Assembly: GCA_009859145.1 (NCBI GenBank)
Contig: VRVR01000008.1
Span: 195,494 to 259,493, forward strand
DNA: 64,000 nucleotides
Reading direction: 5' to 3'
DNA from: Andalucia godoyi And28
Lineage: Eukaryota; Protista; Jakobida
Shown here: one piece after another, positions 58,657 through 64,000 of the stretch
Position numbering within the stretch: position 1 is the first letter of the stretch
Layout of the letters: each line of letters begins with the position of its first letter
Made by a program: the position numbers and the translations under genes
The notes under the pieces: model-generated
Told to the model about the DNA's origin: nothing
Seen by the model: only the letters and a program-made list of their open reading frames with translations
Databases searched by the model: none

Positions 58657-60246
58657 TCAGTGTCGCTTGCCGCTGGTGGAAGCCAGAACTTGTTGGCAGA
58701 GGGCAACCAATGACGAGTCTCGTAGTCCAAGGTCAACAGCCCAATCGTACACCATATTTTGCACGGCTCGGACTGAGGAACGCACGTTTTCGGGAGCAAA
58801 GATTGCTCGCAAAATCGGAAGCACTTTGTGAGAAGTGAATCGAGTTGCCCAGTACGCATCGTTCACCGGATCCTGAAAAAGATCCACCCAGGCCTGGGGG
58901 TGCTGTCGGAGACGGAAACCCAACAAACGCAGAAGGACCGTGCCAGCAGACCACAGGTCGGCGGCTGTTCCACTGTGCGCCAAACCGGCGAGTGCCTCTG
59001 GGGGAGCGTAGTCGTTTGTGCCACAGATTCCATCAGTAAGATGCCCTTCCTCCATGACTGCAGGCGTGTTGGGTCCAGCCGAAACTGAAACAAAGGGAAT
59101 TGCAACCGCATGGCCAAAATCAAAGACCTTGACATTCCAGTGCTCGTCAAGTCCAATATTATCAGGTTTCACGTCTCGATGACAAACCTTGACGTCATTA
59201 TGCAGGAAGTCTAGAGCTTCAAGAATCTGTGAGAACAAAATACACGCGACCTGGTCCATGTACTGCAGCGCAGGATGCCGCTTCCACACAGATCCATGAG
59301 CTTTTCGAATGCCGTCTATTCGCTCTGTGTACTCGCACAAATCTCCATTTGGGACGCATTCCAAACACATGACCATCAGGCGAGACGTGGTGGGAATGTG
59401 CTCCTTCTTGTGTTGTGAGCAGACACCACAGTAATCTCTGTACATTGGCTGCGCATGAGGCGTGAAGTGCAGGCAACAGAGTCCATGTTCCGCTCCTTTG
59501 CATGCAATATCGGAAGATATAACAGAAGAGTATGCAGGTCCCATGGATCTGACCACACGAATTGCAGACCTTCGGTAGGAAGCAGAATTGTGCGCGATCG
59601 CTGTGATGCGCTCGAGAATCGCACATTCTGTGCGGAAGGCAGACTGCAATGTGTGAATTGACGACGATTTTCGGCCGGGCTGATCGACGGGGACTGCTTT
59701 CAAAGCCACCATGCATCCGTCATATGTAGAGCAGAGTACAACTTCAGAGTGTCCACCAACGTTCGCACGTCGTACCATCCGAAGATGAGTTGAGAACGGA
59801 GCGGCACGAATCAGGGGACCATAGATTGCAGAAAAGGGATCCACCACTGGGGCTTGGTCATGTTGATGATACTGTTGTTGCAGATGCTGGGGAGTTTGTA
59901 CCACAATAGCCGGAGTTGAGAACATCTGTGGAGGGCAGTGATTGCTGCTGATGATACTATTTCCGTTGCTGCTATTATGCAGCTGTTGCACCTGAGAGTT
60001 TGCCAGTGGGGAGACCGAAGCTGAGCATGATGGCGTAGCAGTTGCGGACGATTCCCAGGAACCCGATCTCGATGAAACAAGAGAAGCGTTGCCGGAAATC
60101 GAAACAGGACTTTCCGGTCCACTAATCATGAGATGTGGCAGGGACATTGGCATCAAGGAATGTGATGTTGTCTGACATTGGGAACGAAAACACGCACTGT
60201 TCGAAGTGCCGTCATTCAACAGGACATTCTGGTTCAGAGAATACAT
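58657..60246 (-). CDS. Ser/Thr protein kinase with low-complexity N-terminus and a Cys/His insert
   Basis: GGHSEV, VALK, CHRDVKPDN, DFG, CGTNDYAPPE and DLWSAG. Confidence 0.9.
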   Translation of the reverse strand: MYSLNQNVLLNDGTSNSACFRSQCQTTSHSLMPMSLPHLMISGPESPVSISGNASLVSSRSGSWESSATATPSCSASVSPLANSQVQQLHNSSNGNSIISSNHCPPQMFSTPAIVVQTPQHLQQQYHQHDQAPVVDPFSAIYGPLIRAAPFSTHLRMVRRANVGGHSEVVLCSTYDGCMVALKAVPVDQPGRKSSSIHTLQSAFRTECAILERITAIAHNSASYRRSAIRVVRSMGPAYSSVISSDIACKGAEHGLCCLHFTPHAQPMYRDYCGVCSQHKKEHIPTTSRLMVMCLECVPNGDLCEYTERIDGIRKAHGSVWKRHPALQYMDQVACILFSQILEALDFLHNDVKVCHRDVKPDNIGLDEHWNVKVFDFGHAVAIPFVSVSAGPNTPAVMEEGHLTDGICGTNDYAPPEALAGLAHSGTAADLWSAGTVLLRLLGFRLRQHPQAWVDLFQDPVNDAYWATRFTSHKVLPILRAIFAPENVRSSVRAVQNMVYDWAVDLGLRDSSLVALCQQVLASTSGKRH

Positions 60247-60312
60247 TGGCTAAATCTATCTAGAGGCAAGTATCGAAGAGATATATATGTGTATATAAAG
60301 AACGATAAACAC

Positions 60313-60336
60313 GATCACACGATCACACGATCACAC
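60313..60336 (+). repeat. (GATCACAC)3 tandem repeat upstream of the kinase
   Basis: Three perfect copies. Confidence 0.8.
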
Positions 60337-61711
60337 GAGACAAAATAAAACAGGATCGATCCGGGCAAGGTTGAAGGGATGTGCAGACTGTGTGAGCAGA
60401 CAGGAATCACCAAAAATCGTTCGCGGATGGATAGGAAACTAGTGCTTTCGCAGACCTTGAGAAAGATAATAGCAGTGCACGGCGGTGGATCAGGCACAAA
60501 AAAAATACTATTCACCAACAAGAGAAGAAAAAAGGAAGAAAAAGAAAAAGACAGGAAACGAAAAAGCGAGTCGCCCACGCCACACACATAAAGAGCACCA
60601 AAAAGAAAAACAACGAAAGGCCCCCACGGAGAAAAAGCAGCACTGGTTCGGAGGGAAACCGAAGATGTGGGGTGATCAATCCCACAGCATTTCTCCGATC
60701 GGGGGCTTCTGATTGCCTCGATTCCTTTTCGGTGCTGCATTCGGTGCCCCGTTGTCGGCGGTCGACTGTGTTTGTGTGACAAATCCTTCCTTTTTTAGCA
60801 CGCAAATCGCCGTGCCACCGGCGAAACCACGGCCATCCCCCGTTGCTTATTGACAGCGCCGCCGACGATGCCCGCCTCTGCTGAGGATACTGCCTGGAAA
60901 GGAAGGTGCACTCGATGTGTCGGCGGTTAATTTCGTCTGTTTTCGAACAATTCAACGGCTTTGCTCGTATTTGACCGCCCGTGTGTGGCCAGCATCGGAA
61001 CTGCTACAGATCAGACGCTAGGATCGTCTGCGAAACATCTTGACGGACACTTCGGCTTCGATGAAGAGGAATTGAAGACTGCAGCGCCCACCTGCTTTCA
61101 ACAAGCCGCAAGCACCGTCCGAGCAGTTCGGGAACTTCCTGTTCGTTCCATCTGTCGAGCACTTCCATTTTTGTTTTTGGCGTGCTGTCTCTTGTGTCTC
61201 TCCGCCCGCTAGCAGCCCAGTACAGAAAAAATGCTTTGAGCACCGCGGTTACACAAATTTCTGTTTCGATTTTATTTTTACCGGTCCACTGGTACCCAGA
61301 TCCTTCTTGACGGAGATGCTGTCATGCGGGGATCAACTTTTCTTGTTCTTACGGAGAAGATTCTCGGTCGAAATTGGGTTGTTTGATTGGTTGTTGATCT
61401 TTCACCAGGACTCGCGTTCTGCCTGCTCGTCGCTGATTCGAGCCGTGGGAGGTCGTCCCCGCCGTTTTTTTGTGCTCCGTTGTGCTGCGCGCTCGTGCGG
61501 TTTCAACTGGAATTTGTTTACAGTCGCCAGAAATTGGATGGAAAAGCTTGTTGAATTGATGACGATTCCTTCTTTGTTTTTATTCCCTCACGACACGGAG
61601 GATGCACACTCTCGGACGGACCCCCCTCCCGTACCCAAGCAGTCTTTGTGGTTGGCTCAAGCAGGAGATTCATCCCAAAAAACCAAAAAAACAACAACCC
61701 CCAATCCAAAA

Positions 61712-62377
61712 TCATCGTTTTGGCCGGGCAGTCGACTTGGCAGAGGACGCTCTGCTTGGAGTTGCTGATTTGGAGCTCGATGCCTTTTTCTGGGGCGAAG
61801 CTCCCGGCACTGGACTGGCGGTAGTCGCCGGTGGGGGAGGGTTTGTTGCTGGTTTTGATTGCGCAGCAGCACCGGTGTGCGGATCCACTTCTCGCATCAT
61901 GCTGGCGAATTCCTCGAAGTCAATGTACCCAGACTTGTCTTCGTCGATTTCTGCAACCAAATCTTCAATCTTGATCGTGAGTCCCAAGTCCGCAACAGTT
62001 TGAATCAGCGTTTCGTTGCTAATGCATCCTGTGCGATCGGGATTTCCACCCAGAGCAACAAACGCTGCAACGAGGTCCATGTCAATGTCGATGCCTTTGA
62101 ACCGTTTCTTGTAAATGCGCTGCATTTGAAGAAAGGTCTCCCACGACAGTTCTGCATCATTGGTTGCATCCACTTCCCCAAGTAGTTGCATAATATCTTC
62201 CGCAGAAAGCACAGATGCACCCATTTCATGAAACACCTCCTTCAACTCGAAAATAGATATCCCACCCGACTTGTCGGAATCATGCTCATCAAACAGTCGA
62301 CGGGCTTCTGCGATTTCCAGCGGGGTTAAGATCTCATACACCTGTTCCTCTTCGTCTTGTTCGTTACTCGCCGTCAT
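61712..62377 (-). CDS. EF-hand Ca-binding protein resembling outer-arm dynein light chain LC4
   Basis: DSDKSGGISIFE and DEDKSGYIDFEE loops, plus the LC4-like AAFVALGGNPDRTG...LGLTIKIEDLV segment and a Pro/Ala/Ser tail. Confidence 0.8.
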   Translation of the reverse strand: MTASNEQDEEEQVYEILTPLEIAEARRLFDEHDSDKSGGISIFELKEVFHEMGASVLSAEDIMQLLGEVDATNDAELSWETFLQMQRIYKKRFKGIDIDMDLVAAFVALGGNPDRTGCISNETLIQTVADLGLTIKIEDLVAEIDEDKSGYIDFEEFASMMREVDPHTGAAAQSKPATNPPPPATTASPVPGASPQKKASSSKSATPSRASSAKSTARPKR

Positions 62378-62675
62378 ATTTCTATACTATATAAACGAGG
62401 AACACACGCAGTTCGATATTCTGGTTTCGTTTTTTTTTTGTTTTCGGTTTTTTTTTTTTTTTTGGGGTTTGTCAGCATCCCGAGACTGTTCCGAGTTGCT
62501 GATCTCATCCGAAAAGGCGGGTCCTTCTGTGCCTTTGACGTTTGCCAATCAGCCTTCTCGTGGTCCACGTCACTGCACATCAGAGTCCGATCTGCTGCTG
62601 CACGGTTTCCCCAGTTCTCCTTTGATCTCGCAGCCTGTGAACAGCATGCAGAACCCATGCATGTCTGTCCTTTTT

Positions 62676-62846
62676 GATCGAGACTGGAATGAAGCACGCA
62701 ATGTCTGTCTTGAAGAACACGGTGCGCACGCACTTGTGCGCCTGTAGCCTGCCCCCTTGACGGCTGGTTTTCGTAGAATCGATTGTTATGCAACTTTGCA
62801 ACAATACAAATCAGAGCCAACTGGCATTGATGCAGCGTATCGCAGG
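62676..62846 (+). mobile_element. Fanzor2/TnpB 3'-end remnant with putative omegaRNA (FzF)
   Basis: gat cga gac tgg aat gaa gca cgc aat gtc tgt ctt (DRDWNEARNVCL, three single-base changes from DRDWNGARNIYL). It is followed by agcctgccccctt, a block shared with 17186-17235, and a degenerate end GCGTATCGCAGG. Confidence 0.75.
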
Positions 62847-63092
62847 TGTTCTGCTGTGAAGTGTTTTTGTAAATAATTCCAGCGAGAATCCGACGTCGTT
62901 CAAAGACGAGAAACTAACCGCAGGGCGCGGTGCGGGACGCTAGAATTCCGAGAAAAGAAAAAAGGATGGAAGTGGAGAATTGTGTTTTAAAAACAAAGCA
63001 AAAAACATAAAAAACATAATAACAACACAGAGAAATCGTACTTTGGAGGAATTGGAATTGAGAGCCCATCTGAACAAAAGACGGCATCACCA

Positions 63093-63857
63093 TCACTTCT
63101 TCTTTCCAGCCTTTCCCTTTCCCTTTGCCGCAGGTTCCTCTGTTGTTGCCATCGCCGCCTGTGCGCCTAAAATTTCAAAGTTAAAGTCTCCTTTTGTGAC
63201 TCGGGCCAGTTGAACAGAAAGATCATCATAGTCTCCTGGAGTGAGACTGATCTCCATGGTGCATCCACTTCCGTCGTATTTTTGAGATGAGATTTGGCAA
63301 AGCTTCGCAATAATTCCCTGGGCCTGACCAAGATGCGCATGCGGAACATACAGCGTTCCTGTAATTTCTGTTCGCTTCAAGGGAATTACTTCCACAAGCT
63401 TTGAAATGAGATCCTGCGCCTGTCGCTCTGGTTCCTTGTCCATGTCTATTCTTGCTTTGATGCTGTCCAATGCCTGCTCAATACGAAGAACTGGGTGTGG
63501 CTTCTTGGTGCTCGGATCCGCATAGTACTTGTGAATGTAGTTCACAATCTGTTTTCTCTTTTGGTCCATCCGCTCCTGGCGCTCAGAAGAACTAAGCTGG
63601 AACTCTCCGTGGTCCAAGACCTCCCTGATACGGTCGACGTTCTTGGGCTTATCGGGAAATGCTGCTGCAAGCTCTGCTTCCGGAGCAACCTCGCCCTTCG
63701 AGGAAGACTTGAAAATAACATCGTGCGCAACGACGTTGTCAATCCCAATCTTGCCTTCGCGGTACAAGGCCATTGTATTGGGCTTCGCGAGAACTTCAAA
63801 CTGGTGCTTTCCAGATTTGAACTTCACCACGCAGAAATTCTGTCCTGAAGAGCTCAT
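63093..63857 (-). CDS. SBDS: SBDS/Sdo1 family ribosome maturation protein
   Basis: Start MSSSGQNF at 63857. VVKFKSGKHQFEV, IFKSSSKGEVA, ILDHGEF-type block, KRKQIVNYIH, DPSTKKPHPVLRIEQAL and IPLKR. Confidence 0.88.
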   Translation of the reverse strand: MSSSGQNFCVVKFKSGKHQFEVLAKPNTMALYREGKIGIDNVVAHDVIFKSSSKGEVAPEAELAAAFPDKPKNVDRIREVLDHGEFQLSSSERQERMDQKRKQIVNYIHKYYADPSTKKPHPVLRIEQALDSIKARIDMDKEPERQAQDLISKLVEVIPLKRTEITGTLYVPHAHLGQAQGIIAKLCQISSQKYDGSGCTMEISLTPGDYDDLSVQLARVTKGDFNFEILGAQAAMATTEEPAAKGKGKAGKKK

Positions 63858-64000
63858 TTCAAAGCATAAGAAGAATTTACAGACACGGGCAGAGGACGAT
63901 GCTTGCACTTTGCAGAAAGAGACAGAGAGAGAAAAACTGAAAATAATAAAACGGAATCGCGAATGAGGAGGAGGGAAAGGTCGAGCTTGTTGAACCTGAA

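Noticed and set aside
60868-61010. KGRCTRCVGG and LVFDRPC as another TnpB zinc-finger remnant
   Set aside because: Spacing and residues do not match, and there is no downstream scaffold or right-end motif.
60512-61768. Short ORFs between the kinase and the LC4-like gene (e.g. MEVLDRWNEQEVPELLGRC at 61168-61004)
   Set aside because: The ORFs are short, conflict between strands and show no family motif.
2946-62820. Numerous 60-270 aa ORFs antisense to or overlapping the long genes
   Set aside because: Shadow ORFs of real coding sequence with no independent motifs.
1998-62846. CRISPR array
   Set aside because: The repeats are dispersed and diverged, not tandem with regular spacers, and no cas genes are present.

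Overview
Compact, intron-poor eukaryotic chromosome segment (standard code, GT-AG introns supported only in the first gene and CEP290) from a flagellated protist. It carries about 21 protein genes: a CaaX coiled-coil protein, NHE8, TOP3A, CEP57, CCDC40, AK8-like, an ankyrin protein, RidA, a GspE/PilB-like dead ATPase, CEP290, SZT2, eIF1, PUS10, RRP5, C2CD5, a kinase, an LC4-like EF-hand protein, SBDS and several orphans. The main unexplained structure lies in the intergenic gaps. At least six short, diverged remnants of the 3' end of an IS607-TnpB/Fanzor2-type RNA-guided nuclease element occur at about 2.0, 7.1, 17.2, 17.3-17.6, 43.0 and 62.7 kb. The best-preserved copies keep the last RuvC motif (DRDWNGARNIYL-like). 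The copies share hairpin-forming non-coding DNA, and four end in a 13-nt terminus (TGTACAATGYAGG-like) followed by unrelated flanks, which is the layout of omegaRNA scaffold plus guide. A second 68-bp dispersed repeat (11.9 and 43.4 kb) may belong to the same system. A catalytically dead type II secretion ATPase homolog with a PTS2-like motif suggests a lineage with the mitochondrial T2SS-derived system, such as a jakobid (inference only). No tRNA, rRNA or CRISPR array was found. All alignments were made by eye and no database search was run.
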